Source of the DNA: Octopus vulgaris
Taxonomy: Eukaryota
Length of the DNA stretch: 64,000 bases
Direction: 5' to 3'
Assembly: GCA_951406725.2 (NCBI GenBank)
Contig: OX597826.1
Coordinates: forward strand, 66,836,001-66,900,000
The position numbers were made by a program, and so were the translations under genes. Positions within the stretch are counted from its first letter, which is position 1. Every line of letters starts with the position of its first letter. Below, in pieces: positions 40,957 to 55,949 of the stretch. Under the pieces are notes generated by a model. It was not told the origin of the DNA. It did no database searches and saw only the letters and a list, made by a program, of their open reading frames with translations.

Positions 40957-41810
40957 ATGGCGGCGAGCTGGCAGAATCGTTAGCACGCCGGGCGAAATGC
41001 GTAGCTGTATTTCTGTCTGCCGTTACGTTCTGAGTTCAAATTCCGCCGAGGTCGATTTTGCTTTTCATCCTTTCGGGGTCGATAAATTAAGTACCAGTTA
41101 TGCACTGGGGGTCGATATAATCGACTTAATCCGTTTGTCTGTCCTTGTTTGGCCCCTCTATGTTTAGCCCCTTGTGGGCAATAAAGAAATAAACGCTAGC
41201 ACGCCTGGCGAAATGCTTAGCGGTATTGCGTCAGACTTTACGTTCTGAGTTGAAATTCCGCTGAGGTCGACTTTGCCTTTCATCCTTTCGGGGTCGATAA
41301 ATTAAGTACCAGTTGCGTACTAGGGTTGATCTAATCGCATAGCCCCCTCCCCAAAATTTCAGGCCTTGTGCCTATAGTAGAAGAGAATACCTATGCAATT
41401 CTGTAAGGCAGCGAGCTGGCAGAATCGTTTCCGTGCCGGACAAAGTACTTAGTGACATTTCATCAGTCTTCACGTTCTGAATAACCTTCAAATTCCACGA
41501 TGGTCGACTTTGCATTTCTTCTTTTCGGGGTCGATAAAGTAAGTACCTGTTAAACTTAATCCCCTAATCCCTTTGTCTGTTCTTGTTTGTCCCCTCTGTG
41601 TGTAGCCCCTTGGGGGCAATAAAGAAATAAGAATCGTTAGCATGCCGTGGGGCGAAATGCTTAGCGGCATTTCGACTGTCTTAACGTTCTAAGTTCAAAT
41701 TCCACCGAAGTCAGCTTAATAAAATAAGTACCAGTTACGCACTGGGGTCGATGTCATTGACTTCACCCTTCCCCCAAAATTCCAGGCGTTGTGCCTATAA
41801 TAGAAATTAT
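40957..41810 (+). mobile_element. SINE A cluster (two nested dimers)
   Basis: First dimer is flanked by the 16-bp duplication ATACCTATGCAATTCT (40941-40956 and 41387-41402). Confidence 0.85.
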
Positions 41811-42960
41811 TATCTCTATAGTTCTTCTCTCGTTGATACACGATATTTTGTAGTTTATACTGACCTAATTAAAAATGAAATTTTATCTTCGGTTGGGGGT
41901 TGAACTTGAGCTAATTTATTCAAAGAATTCTTGTAGATTTTCATACCGATAGATTCTTTGCGGTTCAGTAAGAATCTCTTGTTTCAGTTATTCATTGATT
42001 TTTTGCTTTCCAGACAATTCCTTATTTTTTGTTACATTATATTTCCTCAAGTTGGTCTCACCCCACCCTTTTTCTTTTTTTTTTAACTTGTAATTCAAAA
42101 ATTCACATATCAATTTTGCCAACACACTAGAAATTCTGCAAATCTACCCTCTCCTCCTCGTTGTCCTTCTCTTCGCCTCCTCCTCGTCCTCCTCATCCTC
42201 CTCCTCGTCTTCCTCCTCGTCCTCCTCCACCTCCTCCTCGTCCTCCTTCTCGTCCAAATCCTCGTCCTCCTTCTCGTCCTCCTCCTTCTCCTCCTCCCCT
42301 CCTCCTATTCCTCCTCCCACTACTACAACTACTACTACTACTACTACTGTCACCATCACTACCACCACCACCACCACCACCACCACCACTACTACTACTA
42401 CTACTGATGATGATGATGATGAGGATGATGATGATGATGATGATGATGAGGATGATGATGATGATGATGATGATGAGGATGATGATGATGATGATGACAT
42501 TGATGATGATGGTAGTGGTGATGATGATGGTAGTGGTGATGTTGATGATGGTAATGGTGATGGCGACGATGATGATGGTGATCATGATGATGATGCTATT
42601 TTCTTATTCAGGCAAAAGGCCAGCGCAATTTTGTAAAGGGAGTCAGTCGGCTGGTGCCTTATTCTATCGACTCCGAAGTGATGCAAGGAAGCAGAATTGA
42701 CCTCAGTGAGACTCGAACAAAGCAGAATAACAAGTGTAATTATTTTAATGAAGAGATGAAACGGACCAAACAGACAAAAAAGAACAAAAAAAAAGCAGAG
42801 AAGAGAAATGTAAAACAACGAAAAATTCGTTAAAAATATAAGATAAAAACGAAAGACAATGTAAAAGCAAAAGAAGATCTTAAATAGAATGTTAACGGAT
42901 CTAGGAACATGAGGTAGAGGAAGTAGTAGTAGTAGTAGTAGCTGTAGTAGTAGTAGTAGT

Positions 42961-42992
<32 letters not shown>

Positions 42993-43101
42993 TAGTAGTA
43001 GCAGTAGTAGTAGTAGTAGTAGTAGTAGTAGCAGTAGTAGTAGTAGTAGCAGCAGCAGCAGTAGTAGTAGTAGTAGTAGTAGTAGTAGCAGTAGTAGTAG
43101 T

Positions 43102-43133
<32 letters not shown>

Positions 43134-43801
43134 TAATAGTAGAAATACCAGTTGAGTACGGGGGTGCAGGGATGTCAATGTATTCGACTTAACCTGCAAC
43201 TTCTAATATTCGTTTCTACTCTTGGCACAAGGCCCAATATTCTGGTGCAGGGCGCCAATCGATTAGGTCGACACCAATACGCAACTGGTACTTAATTTAT
43301 TGGCCCCGAAAGAATAAAAGGCAAAGTCGACCTCGGCAGAATTTGAACTCAGAACATAAAGGCTGACGAAATAACGCAAAGTATTTCGCCCGGCGAGTTA
43401 ACGTTTCAGCCAGCTCATCGCCTTCCTACAACTTCTAATATTGCTGGCATTGTGCCTTAATTAGGAACCATTATTAAAATAAATATATTAAAAAAATGTT
43501 TAGCGGTATTTCTGGTACTTTAAGTTCTGAGTTCAAATTCCACCGAGGCAAACTTTGTCACTCATCCTTTCGGGACCGATGAAGTAAAGTACCAGCTGAG
43601 TACTGGGGTCGATGAAGTAAAGTACCAGTTGAACAATATGGTCGATGTGATCGACCTACGCTATACTCCTAAAATTCCGGCTCTTTTGCTCTACATTTTG
43701 GAAAGAGTTATTTAAAAACCGTTTTCAAAAATAAATGATTATTATAATTATATCAATGTTATCATCATCATTAACATCATCAGCAGCAGCAGCAGTGGCA
43801 C

Positions 43802-43862
<61 letters not shown>

Positions 43863-43863
43863 T

Positions 43864-44036
43864 TAGGCGCTGGAGTGGCTGTGTGGTAAGTAGTTTGCTT
43901 ACCAACCACATGGTCCCGTGTTCAGTCCCACTGCGTGGCACCTTGGGCAAGTGTCTTCTACTATAGCCTCGGGCCGACCAAAGCCTTGTGAGTGGACGGA
44001 AACTGGAAGAAGCCCGCCGTATATGTATACACATAC

Positions 44037-44125
<89 letters not shown>

Positions 44126-44332
44126 TGCGTCTGTTTGTCCCCCAAACATTGCTTGACAACCGATGCTGGTGTGTTTACGTCCCCGTAACTTAGCGGTTCG
44201 GCAAAAGAGTCCGATAGAATAAGTACTAGGCTTACAAAGAATAAACTCTGAGGTCGATTTGCTCGACTATAAAGGTGGTGCTCCAGCATGGCCACAGTCA
44301 AATGACTGAAACAAGTGAAAGAGTAAAAGAGT
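43864..44332 (+). mobile_element. SINE family B
   Basis: Full-length copy similar to 5546-5990. Confidence 0.85.
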
Positions 44333-45022
44333 ATATTCATCATCAGCAGAAACAGTAGTTACAGCAGCAGCAGCGGCAGTAACTACAACAGCAGCAACAA
44401 CAAGAAGATTGTCATCATTATTCTTGAATAAAAAAGATAAAAACCGTTCTTAATTATAATCATAAACAATAGACTAATCAGACGTTTTGAGAGTGAATAG
44501 GAAATTCAGACCAGTTCAACTCTTCGCTTGATGTTTATAATTTGTAACGTAAGTAAGTGTATGTTTGTGTGTGCGTGTGCGAGCATGTTTGCGTATCAAT
44601 GTATGTATATATGACTCTGCGTGTGTGTGCGTGTATACCTATCTGTGCGTATGTGTGCATTCAGTGACAGAGAGAGAGAGAGAGAGAGAAAGCGAGTGCG
44701 TATATATATTTGTATGAGTGAAGTATAAAATTACATTTATTGTCTAATTGAAATTTATCAGTTATTTCCTCTACGTATCTTATGGATATATCTCTTCTTT
44801 CACGTCTCATATTTGAAATATATGATATTTGATATCATTTGTTATCTGTTTGATATATTATATTATGTCACATTACATGCACAGTCCGATATATATCCAA
44901 TATAACGTTAAGACATTGTATATATATCTGACTCGGTCTAGTAAGTTAATGGCTTAATTTTCTCAAATTTGAAGATATATACATACATATGTGTATATAT
45001 ATGTATATATATATATGTTTGT

Positions 45023-45100
<78 letters not shown>

Positions 45101-45330
45101 GTGTGTGTGTAGGAATATAATTCTGAAGCAAGAACTTTATTGAAAGTAACATCGAAACATAAATTTGTGCTTTACAAAGGTATAGCGAAACACATCAGAT
45201 TAATGTAAAACTGCTTTTATAATAACTCATCATAAAACGAAACACATATATATAAAATAGTATATCACAAATATCAAAAGTATATACTGTGAGCAAGAGC
45301 GAGTGGCTGCTATCTCCAGCCGGCGGTTGT

Positions 45331-45376
45331 CCTGTACCGACGAAGGGAAATTATCCTGAAACCATTGGCCTACAGG
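45331..45376 (+). ncRNA. Minimal type-I hammerhead-like motif (degenerate or variant core)
   Basis: CCUGUA-CCGACGA-AGGG-aaauua-UCCU-GAAA-CCA-u-UGG-CC-UACAGG; all three stems are present, with U4C and U16.1C deviations. Confidence 0.55.
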
Positions 45377-45574
45377 TATTCTTACGGCAAGTGGACTCCC
45401 TTGCACACAATATACGGACACGGATCAAGTGTCGGTAGTCAGCTGGAAAAGATGTCTTCCTGGGGCAAAAAGGTGGCACCATCGTCCTGCATAGACTGCC
45501 ACGTTGCGTTGGCAAATAGACTTTACGGTACATATATCCCGCTCAGATATTTTAAACCAGTTGTTTTTTCTCTT

Positions 45575-45639
<65 letters not shown>

Positions 45640-45717
45640 TATATACATATACATATATATATATATACATATACATATATATATGCATATGTATATATAT
45701 ATGTATGCATATTTATA

Positions 45718-46012
45718 TCATCGTGACCGACCTGGCTATCAGATGTTGCTACACATCGCTGGTCACAATGCGCTTCGCATTGTTTTAGCCTTCAAATGAC
45801 GCCACCCCGCTGGCTAAGCGAGCAGTCCAACAGAAGAAAGTGTGAGAGAAAGTTGTGGCGAAAGAATACAGCAGGGATCGCCACAACCCCCTGCCGCAGA
45901 CTCGTGGAGCTTTTCGGTGTTTTCACTCAATAAACACTCACAACGCCCAGTCTGGGAATTGAAACCGCGATCCTACAACCGCGAGTCTGCTGCACTAACC
46001 ACTGGGGCCTCC
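45718..46012 (-). mobile_element. tRNA-derived SINE, head C + tail Z
   Basis: Head matches 4670-4850; tail matches 58466-58575 (+). Confidence 0.75.
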
Positions 46013-46020
46013 ACGTATAT

Positions 46021-46053
<33 letters not shown>

Positions 46054-46303
46054 CATATGTATATGTGTGTATATATATATATGTATATATATGTATATGT
46101 GTATATATATGTATATGTGTGTATGTATGTATACATATTCATATATGCATACATATGCATATATAACACACACACACACACACTTGTATATATTTGTGTG
46201 TGTATGAACACATGCTTTTCCTCTGGTTATCTGAGTACTTGAGTACTTGAGAACTGAAGAACTTGACAAATTGAGACATCTGTTCTCTGTACAACCTGTA
46301 CAT

Positions 46304-46340
<37 letters not shown>

Positions 46341-46565
46341 GCTACTGTTGCAGCTGCTGCCACTATTCCATACCAGTGTAAGCGCTCCATATATGGCAAA
46401 CGTATTTATTACCATAGAAACTCAGACGAGGAACGAATCTACTATCAAATATTATCGCCTCGGAACAAAAATAACAACGCCAGCAACATGAACAACTACT
46501 ACTACAACAACATCAACAACAATAACAATAACAATCATAATAATAATAATAATAATGTTAATAAT

Positions 46566-46627
<62 letters not shown>

Positions 46628-46747
46628 TAATAATAATAATAATAATAATAAAATTATAATGATAAATAATAGACGTAGCGGTAGTAATAATAATAGTAGA
46701 AATGGTAATAGGAATAATAATAATAATAATGATTCGTAGTAGTAGTG

Positions 46748-46813
<66 letters not shown>

Positions 46814-46979
46814 TGAGAAAAACTATCAAAAATCTGATAGAAATTGTGTAAGTGATTGAGAATCTGAAATATCTCCCCTTACCCATTCATTGAAAAGTTA
46901 TTTCTGTTTAAACTGAAATTATATTTTACAGAAATGGGATTTCTGCTTTAATAAAACAACAATAACAACAACAACAACT

Positions 46980-47021
<42 letters not shown>

Positions 47022-47860
47022 GCAGCAGCAGCAGCAGCAGCAGTAACAACAACAACGGGAAAGAAACAAAAAAATCAATAAATGCAATGAGGACAACAAC
47101 AAGTGCAAGCATATATTAAGTTCCAAAATATGAACAAGAACAGCAGCAATAACAACAACAACAACAACAATAACAACAACAACAACAAAAACTACAAAAG
47201 AAATAATCAATAGTTACAAAGACAACAACAACAACAACAACAAGAGTAGCGATCAATAAAGACAGCAACAAAAATAATCAAAGTCAGCAACGTTAACAAC
47301 AACATTATTAACAAGAAAATCGTTGTAGAAAAAAATTATTAGTAAAGAAAAAGTTAAAAAAAAAACAACAAACAACACAACAAACAAACAAACAAACAAA
47401 ACGAAGCAACAATTATAAGGCAAGGCGGCGTCGTGAGCAACAAACAAGAACGATAACTGCGGCCAGCATCCGCCATGGCGGCAGCACCAACAGCAACACT
47501 ATCGACAACAACAGCAAAAGTAATCAAACATGTAGGAGAACAACGTTAGCAATAACAAAACAGGAACTAGAATTCTAACAACAACAACTACAACGGTTAC
47601 GAAAGCAACAATGGTAAAGAAATGATTCAAAATTCTCTCTTTCGGGAAAGGAAAAAAAAAAACAAACAACTCTACTAACTTCAATGGAAGTGGATTCCAT
47701 GTTGGATGTTTCGGTTGGTTTAATATGAGTCAGAGATTTTAGTTTGGTCTGTAGTAAGTCTAAAATCCTCCAGATACACACATACATACATACATACATA
47801 CATACATACATACATACATACATACATACATACATACATACATACATACATGCATATATA

Positions 47861-47898
<38 letters not shown>

Positions 47899-48250
47899 CA
47901 TACACACGTACATTCTTAGACTTACAAGTATGTATGTTTGCATATATATACGTGTTTTTGTGTATGTATATATATATATATATATATATACACCCATGTA
48001 CATGCACACATATATACACAGACTCACACCCACTCACTCACACCCAAAGCCCCGGATATGAATATGATGTATAAATAAGATACAGATAGATATATATATA
48101 TGTCTATATATGTATCTATATATCTATCATACATAACAGGTGTGTGTGTTTGTGTTGTGTTGTATATCGAAATATATATAGCTATATGTAATTGTGTATA
48201 TGTATGGGTATACACACGCACTCATATATATCCAATCCACACACCACGTA

Positions 48251-48296
<46 letters not shown>

Positions 48297-48713
48297 ATAT
48301 ATATATATACATACACACATTCATATAAAGACACACACATATTGATATACATGAATATATGTGTATATATATATGTGTGTGTGCATATATACTTATATGT
48401 ATATATACATGCATATATATATCTATATATATATATATATCTATATATATATATATATAACTCCTTCACATAATCCACTTTCCTCATTCTTTGTTTCTGT
48501 CTTTCATTCTTTCCTTCACTCTTTCTTTCTTTTTCTTCCCTTCCTTCTTTCTTTTCTCCACCCCCACCCCCGCTCTCCTAATTCTTTCACTCTGCTTCTT
48601 TTAGTATTTCCTCTCTATGTATTCGTCGCTTTTTCAAACTCTCTCTTCTCCACGCTGCCTAAATCGCCAACTTTTGCCCGATCTATGAGACTTTTCAATG
48701 TCTCTCTCCCCCC

Positions 48714-48747
<34 letters not shown>

Positions 48748-49120
48748 ACCACGTTTTCTTCCTCTTTCAGCCCGTCTAATTATTTATGTATCTATCGGTC
48801 TCTGTCTCCCACCCCCTATCTCTCTCCATCTCCCTCTCTCTCTCTCTCTCTCTCTCTTTCACTATTTATCTCTCCATTTACCGATCTCTTCGCCTCTATA
48901 GAATGGGCGCTACTTGTATGTTTATCTGTCTCTCTCTCTCTCTTTCTGTATTGCTTTCATCCTTTCGGGGTCTATAAATTAAGTACCAGTTACGCACTGG
49001 GGTCGATGTAATCGACTTAATCCCTTTGTCTGTCCTTGTTTGTCCCCTCTATGTTTAGCCCCTTGTGGGCAATAAAGAAATATGTATCTCTCTGTCCATC
49101 TCTTTGTGAATCTGTCTGTT

Positions 49121-49154
<34 letters not shown>

Positions 49155-49664
49155 CTGTCCTGTCTGTATCTCTCTCCCCACCTCTCTCTCCTTCTTAGGT
49201 CTTTCACTCCTCCCACTCTGTCTCTAACTGTATAACGTTTAGCATAAAATTTAACAAACTGTTAGCCCCTCCTTCCGTTACACTCTTTGACCGTTGGTCT
49301 CCATAACTGTCTCTTTCTTCTCTCTCACTCCCCCTCTCTCTCTCTTTCTCATTCCTTTCTCTGGGTTAAATTTCCATCTCCAAATCTCTCTCACTCGTCT
49401 CGTCTTACGTTATCTTTCCATCAAAATTCCGTCAAAGCAAACTCGAACTTAACAACTGTTAAGCCCCCACCCCGCTCATGTTCAAACTCTCTATGTTATT
49501 CCTGCCTCTCTCTCCCCCTCTTTCTTCCTCTCAGCTTTGTCATTCTCTCTCTCTCTCTCTCTCTCCCTCTTTCTCTCTCCTTTTCTTTATGGCTTAAATT
49601 GTTCACATCGATTAAATCTTTTATACTAGATTACAACAAAACCATATCAAGTTGCTCAGGTATG

Positions 49665-49698
<34 letters not shown>

Positions 49699-49972
49699 TG
49701 TATGTATGTATGTATGTATGTATGTATGTGTGTATGTAAATATATAAGCATTCAATCAATTGAGTAAAGATAATCTTAAAGTTATAGCTGTAATGGCATG
49801 ATTTTGTTTGTTTCTTTTCTTTTCTTATTGTATGGTAAGTAGCTTGCTTACCAACCACATGGTTCCGGGTTCAGTCCCACTGCGTGGCACCTTGGGCAAG
49901 TGTCTTCTATAGCCTCAGGCCAACCAAAGCATTGTGAGTGGATTTGGTAGTGGAAACTGAAAGAAACCAGTC

Positions 49973-50009
<37 letters not shown>

Positions 50010-50798
50010 GACCCGTCTTTGCCGGGTCATAGTGCTAGTGCATATATATATGTGTACATATTACATGTACATCTATATATATACATCTACTCATAAAATA
50101 CAAAATACAAAGTTATATCTTGATATCGCTAGTGATAACAATACTGAAAATATATAACAGACTGGAATTGTAGGACTATTCCATTTCTGCACGCTAATTT
50201 TATTTTTAATTTATTCCCATTCATGTGAAACCATTTATTCAAGTTCAAGTCATTGATGCAATTTTATACCAATTGCTATTTTTACTTTTTTTATGTTACG
50301 ATTATATTATACTTTAGTTTGATTTTAATTATTACTTACTACATATAATTCAATTATTATTATTATTTTTATTGTTAAAGTGAAATTATCTGACATAAAA
50401 TAGAGAAATGTTTTTGTTTCACTTTTAACACGTAATACTGAAATAGTGGAGAAGATATGATATTGCAATGGGATCGCTCTATATATATGTTTGTATATAT
50501 ATATATATATATATATATTTGACAAAATGGGATAACAAAACTAATGAGTTTTCAGGACGTTTATAAGGAAAAAGATAAAGTTATAGTCTTGCAGCTATAT
50601 CTAAAAGGAGGAGATAGAGAATATATAGGGAAATAATAGAATGAAAGTAGAAATAAATTATAAAATCTATGAATTGTAGTCGCAGCTCCATTATTTGAGG
50701 AAAGTGGGGTATAGAAGTAGTAAAAAAAATTCCTGTACACGGTGTATAAGTTCCAATAATAGTTCATTTCAAAGTATGGAGCCGTGGATTCTGTGTTG

Positions 50799-50847
<49 letters not shown>

Positions 50848-51105
50848 TAATATAAATAATATATAAATATATGCATGTATATATACATATATATGTATAT
50901 ATACATGCATATATGGGTACAGGACATTAAAAAAACCGTTGAACACAATGAGAAACGAAAAAATCAATAAAACCAAAACATGGAAACGAACTTTTTTTTT
51001 TGAACAACGAAAAACAAATAAATAAACAGAGAAACGAGACATGCAACATAAAGAATATTCCCCTTCTTCAGTTGTCCCCTGTTTTATCCACTCCACGCTC
51101 GAAGG

Positions 51106-51159
<54 letters not shown>

Positions 51160-52401
51160 GTATATATATATGTATATATATGTATATATATATATGTGCA
51201 TGTACGCATACATGTATGCGGGCATCTATATATGTATATGCATGCATATATGTGTATGTTTCTTTATATGTGTGTCTCTATGCATGTGTTTGTGTACACT
51301 GGTATGTGTTTATGGCGGAGGGGGTGACCATTTTTTTATTGATGTGTGGGAGGTTAAATATAATATCTGACACGGCAGTGCGAAGATTTCTAATAAATAG
51401 AATAAAAATGGCATATATCACATTGTAGGCTCCTTTTTGTACAACACACACATACACACACACGAACACACCACTGCCGCCGCCGCCGCTCAACTGATAC
51501 TTATATCATCAATCCCGAAAGGATGAGACGCAAAGTTGATCTCGGCGGAATTTGAACTCAGAATGTAAAAACTGAATGAAATGGCGCTGAGCATTTTGTT
51601 GGGTGTGCTAAAGACTCTACCAGCGCCGCGCCTTATGGGACATTAAATAAAGTATTATTAGATAGGTCACGAAAAAGACGCGATAGTCACGGCTGGAATT
51701 GTTTTTGATTTATAAGCTGGCTCAATAATTATTAATCTGAGTAAAACAGCAACGGCGGCAACAGCCGATAGCAATGGTCTTACAACCACCTCACTATCTA
51801 CATTCCGACAATCACACCGTGCCCCCCACCTCATCGCAAACGCTACCATTGCCGTTAGCACCAAAACAACGAGAGGTTACAGTAAATCAATTTCACTCTC
51901 CATAGTCTGGTGGACAGACCAAGGAATTGAAATAAGCGGGGTGTGACGACGTAGGAGAGTGAAAATGGTACCAATAAACTGACCGTGCAATAAAATATAG
52001 AACATGGACACAAAAAGAGAGAAGGCCAAACCAGGAGTCAGACATTCCCATACGATAGACAATATGTGTGTGTGTGTGTGTATTTGTGCATGTGCGTATG
52101 TATTTGTGTGTGCGCGTGTGTGTGTGTGTGCGTGCGTGTATGTGCGTGTGTGTAAGTGAGCGCGAATGTATTTGTGTGTGTAAGTGAGCGCGAATGTATT
52201 TGTGTGTGTGAGTGTACATAGATATGCATGCATATATATATGTATATATATGTATATATATATACACATACATATATATATATGTATATATATATACAAA
52301 TATATATATGTATATATGTATGCGTATATATATGTGTATAATATATATATGTATATATACATACATATATACATATATTTATATATATATATAAACATTC
52401 A

Positions 52402-52470
<69 letters not shown>

Positions 52471-53009
52471 AAACAACACTATTTTCTGTATTGGAAATAT
52501 AACAAATTGCAAACTGTTCTCATCTGCGTATATGTGTTCTTATTACGTATGCATTCTATTTCCTGATATCGCCCTCTATTTTTTCTTTCAATTTTTTTGT
52601 TTTTTGTTTTTGCAGATATTTATATTTAAATAAGTTAAAATGCGTGACCTATCTGGTTTCCAAAGAGGATAAATTGTTGGAGCGCGGACGGCTGGAGCTT
52701 AAATCACTACGACTACTGAATTATTTAATATTTCTCTTAAATCATGTCATTCCAAAGCCAAGGCGAAATTAACTTTGGAACGCATAACTCTGGATGGAAG
52801 GTGAAGTTCACAGACAAGGATTGCAGAATATGGAAACACATTTTACTGAACCCCCCACCCCACCAAACTACGTCAGCAAAAGTTAGAGCAGAGCTAAACC
52901 ACCGCCATGCCAATTATGTATCAACTAAAACGGTTCGTGGTGAATTTCATAAAACTGGATACATTGAGAGGGCTGAAATTGCTAAATCTCTCTTGTCCTC
53001 CATCAACAT

Positions 53010-53260
53010 CGTGGCGGCGAGCGGCTTAGTGTTTAAGAGTGTTGGACTCGTGATCGTAAGGTTTTGGTTTCGATTCCTGGACAGGGCGACGCATTGTGTT
53101 CTTGAGCAAAACACTTCATTTCACATTGCTCCAGTCCACTCAGCAGGCAAAAAGGAGTAATCCTGCGACGGACCGGCGTCCCATCCAGGTGGGGCATTTA
53201 TATGCCATAGAAACCGGAACTCTGGCCCTTATCAGTCGTCATGTCTCGAGAAGGCAACTT
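53010..53260 (+). mobile_element. SINE, head D + tail Y
   Basis: Similar to 17141-17395; 12-bp TSD. Confidence 0.8.
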
Positions 53261-53272
53261 TTCCATCAATAT

Positions 53273-53563
53273 TGTTTGTTTCTTCTGGATCCACGCCTGT
53301 CTCATAAGGGCCGGTTTCCCGGTTTCCATGGCGTATAGGTTCCCCACCTGGACGGGACGCGGGTGAGCTGCAAGATGCAGGAGGAAAGAGTGAGAGAAAG
53401 TTGCAGCGAAAGAATCGGCAGAAGTTCGCCATTACCTTCTGCCGGAGCCGCGTGGAGCTTAGGTGTTTCGCCCATAAACACACACATCGCCCGATCTGAG
53501 ATTCGAACCCGCGATTCCTTCACCGCGATTCCGCTGCTCTAACCACTACGCCCTGTGCCCCCA
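53273..53563 (-). mobile_element. SINE, head C + tail Y
   Basis: Similar to 37250-37550; 12-bp TSD. Confidence 0.8.
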
Positions 53564-55163
53564 CTCCATCAACATTAGTAAGCATCAAAAATGGTATCTA
53601 TACTATCAGAAATGGTCAATGACTCAATGCAACAATTTCATCTTCTCTGATGGATCATCATTTCAAAGTGTGTTTATGTCTCAACATAACCCGAAGAAGC
53701 CTTCAAGCCTGACAGCATGTGATGAAGTGCAGGGGAAAGGCAACGAGTCTAACAAACGGTGTCCATACCAGTTCACTGTCCAGAGATTGCTGTACATGTA
53801 TGTCCTGACCTCAATGCATGTCTTACATTATTATACACTGCATATCCAACACAGTCGATGTTGACAGGCTGATGTTGACAGTCGATGTTGACAGCAGATG
53901 TTGACAGCCGATGTTGATAGCAGATGGATCGTATGACAAGTAGAATGCATTACTCCTACAAAACACAAAAGAGCAAACGCTCCAATCTGATCAGCTCAGG
54001 GTAAGGTATCATGATCAAGCTGTAATAGCTTCCTATCAGTCCACTGCTGCTGATACACGTCACTCTGCGCAACCAGTACCCCACGACGATGCTAGACGGC
54101 ATAGATCAGTCTCTTAAAGCACTTGGCTGCAGGCCCATCGACATTTTCTGGTCGATTTTGACTCCTGTTGCCGTCTAGCACCCCTTAAGAACAATGCTGA
54201 TAGCTTCGATGTCCATGACACAACGTCGGTGACATCGTCCACATGTAGCGACACAAGTCGTCTACATTCTAGTTCGTGCAGGATGCCTCTCAAAGCCTTC
54301 AGTTACCGCATTAGAAGCTCTAGAGTCAGAACATACGAAAAGGACGAGAAAGGAGAAAGAAGAACCTTCACGGTTCTGAACGGTTTTGGTGTTTTACTCT
54401 GACCACCGAACAGACATCATTATACATTGCAGCGATCAAGACTTTGTAATCAGGAAGGTAACAGGCTTCAATGAGGACAACCCCTCGGTTTTCATTCACG
54501 GCCAGTCTCTCATTCTCCTGATTAATTTAATAACGAGTGAAACAATAAAATCAACAAATGAAACTGTCTGGAATCGAAAAGCAAGACACAAACTCACGGA
54601 GTTTCCTAAACACTTTAAACTACAATAGTGAATAACATCAATAACGATAAACAACAAAATCACGACCACGACCACCACGACGACCACCACCACCACACAC
54701 GCACTCTCTCTAACTTCCTCCCCATTCCTCACCCTCTTTTACTATCTTATATCTCTCTCCACCCCTACACACTCAATAATACTATAAGAAGAGCCAAATC
54801 TCCTGAAAATATTCAATCTGAAGACTCCACTAGAGTGGACGCAAGCGCTAATATATGATTTATAAAAGCATGTGACATATTAGTAAATACCTGTAAATAT
54901 AAAACCATCCAGATTTCTGAGTACCTTATTTCTTCTAATATATATATATATATATTTCTAAGTCTCTCTAAAGGAGACTACGGCAGCTGTACTGGATATT
55001 AATAGTTATTGCCGAGCTAATATGGCAGTCCAGAAATATAGGAAGAATGCTGCCGTTGATTATCTCCAAGAGGCCATTGCCTCTAGCTAGTTATGTGACA
55101 CGCGTACCTATGTCCATTCTCTCTCTCTCTCTCTCTGTATATATATATATATATAATTATATG

Positions 55164-55194
<31 letters not shown>

Positions 55195-55518
55195 ACATAT
55201 ATGAAGTGTGTGTTGTATTGTGGTGGTGTAGTATGTGTATGCCTTTGTATTTTGTTTGATGTATACAGAACCTAACAGACAAATAGACAATTGTATAATC
55301 ATGTGTTTATGCTTTAGTGCAATAATGCGAAGAGTTGAATGTCTATCTGTATTAGAAATATTTCGAGTCGAATGGTTTTGTGCAGCTGATGTTAATCAAC
55401 TGGAGAGTCACCGGCGAGCGTGAAATAATTATTTATAACGACGCGCATATAAAAAGATTACTTCAGTCGCATGAAACATTTCGGTAAGAAGAAATACAAT
55501 ACTTCACTAAAGCAGATA

Positions 55519-55728
<210 letters not shown>

Positions 55729-55753
55729 ATATATATTTACACATACATACACA

Positions 55754-55910
55754 TAGTGGCTGTGTGGTAAGAAGCTTGCTTCTCAACCACATGGTTCCGG
55801 GTTCAGTCCCACTGCGTGGCACCTTGGGCCAGGTGTCTTGTTCTATATCATCGGGCCGACTACAGCCTTGCGTGTGGATTTGGTAGACGGAAACTGAAAG
55901 AAGCTCGAGG

Positions 55911-55949
<39 letters not shown>

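Larger units (their letters stand above)
52640..53720 (+). mobile_element. Tc1 transposase fossil, interrupted by two SINEs
   Basis: MRDLSGFQRG*IVGARTAGA; NSGWKVKFTDKD..TTSAKVRAELN..VSTKTVRGEFHK; after the inserts WSMTQCNNFIFSDGSSF (first D of the DDE triad). Confidence 0.85.

Noticed and set aside
44545-44558. GTAAGT donor-like site
   Set aside because: No matching acceptor or coding frame was identified.
46139-46415. Short ORFs with signal- or TM-like stretches
   Set aside because: The hydrophobic and Ser runs come from an (AGT)n microsatellite.
47466-47482. Palindromic CCGCCATGGCGG with a Kozak-like ATG on both strands
   Set aside because: The downstream ORFs are only about 24 and 40 codons and there is no exon evidence.
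53851-53926. Array of 13-14-bp repeats
   Set aside because: A simple minisatellite without spacers; not CRISPR-like, and the context is eukaryotic.
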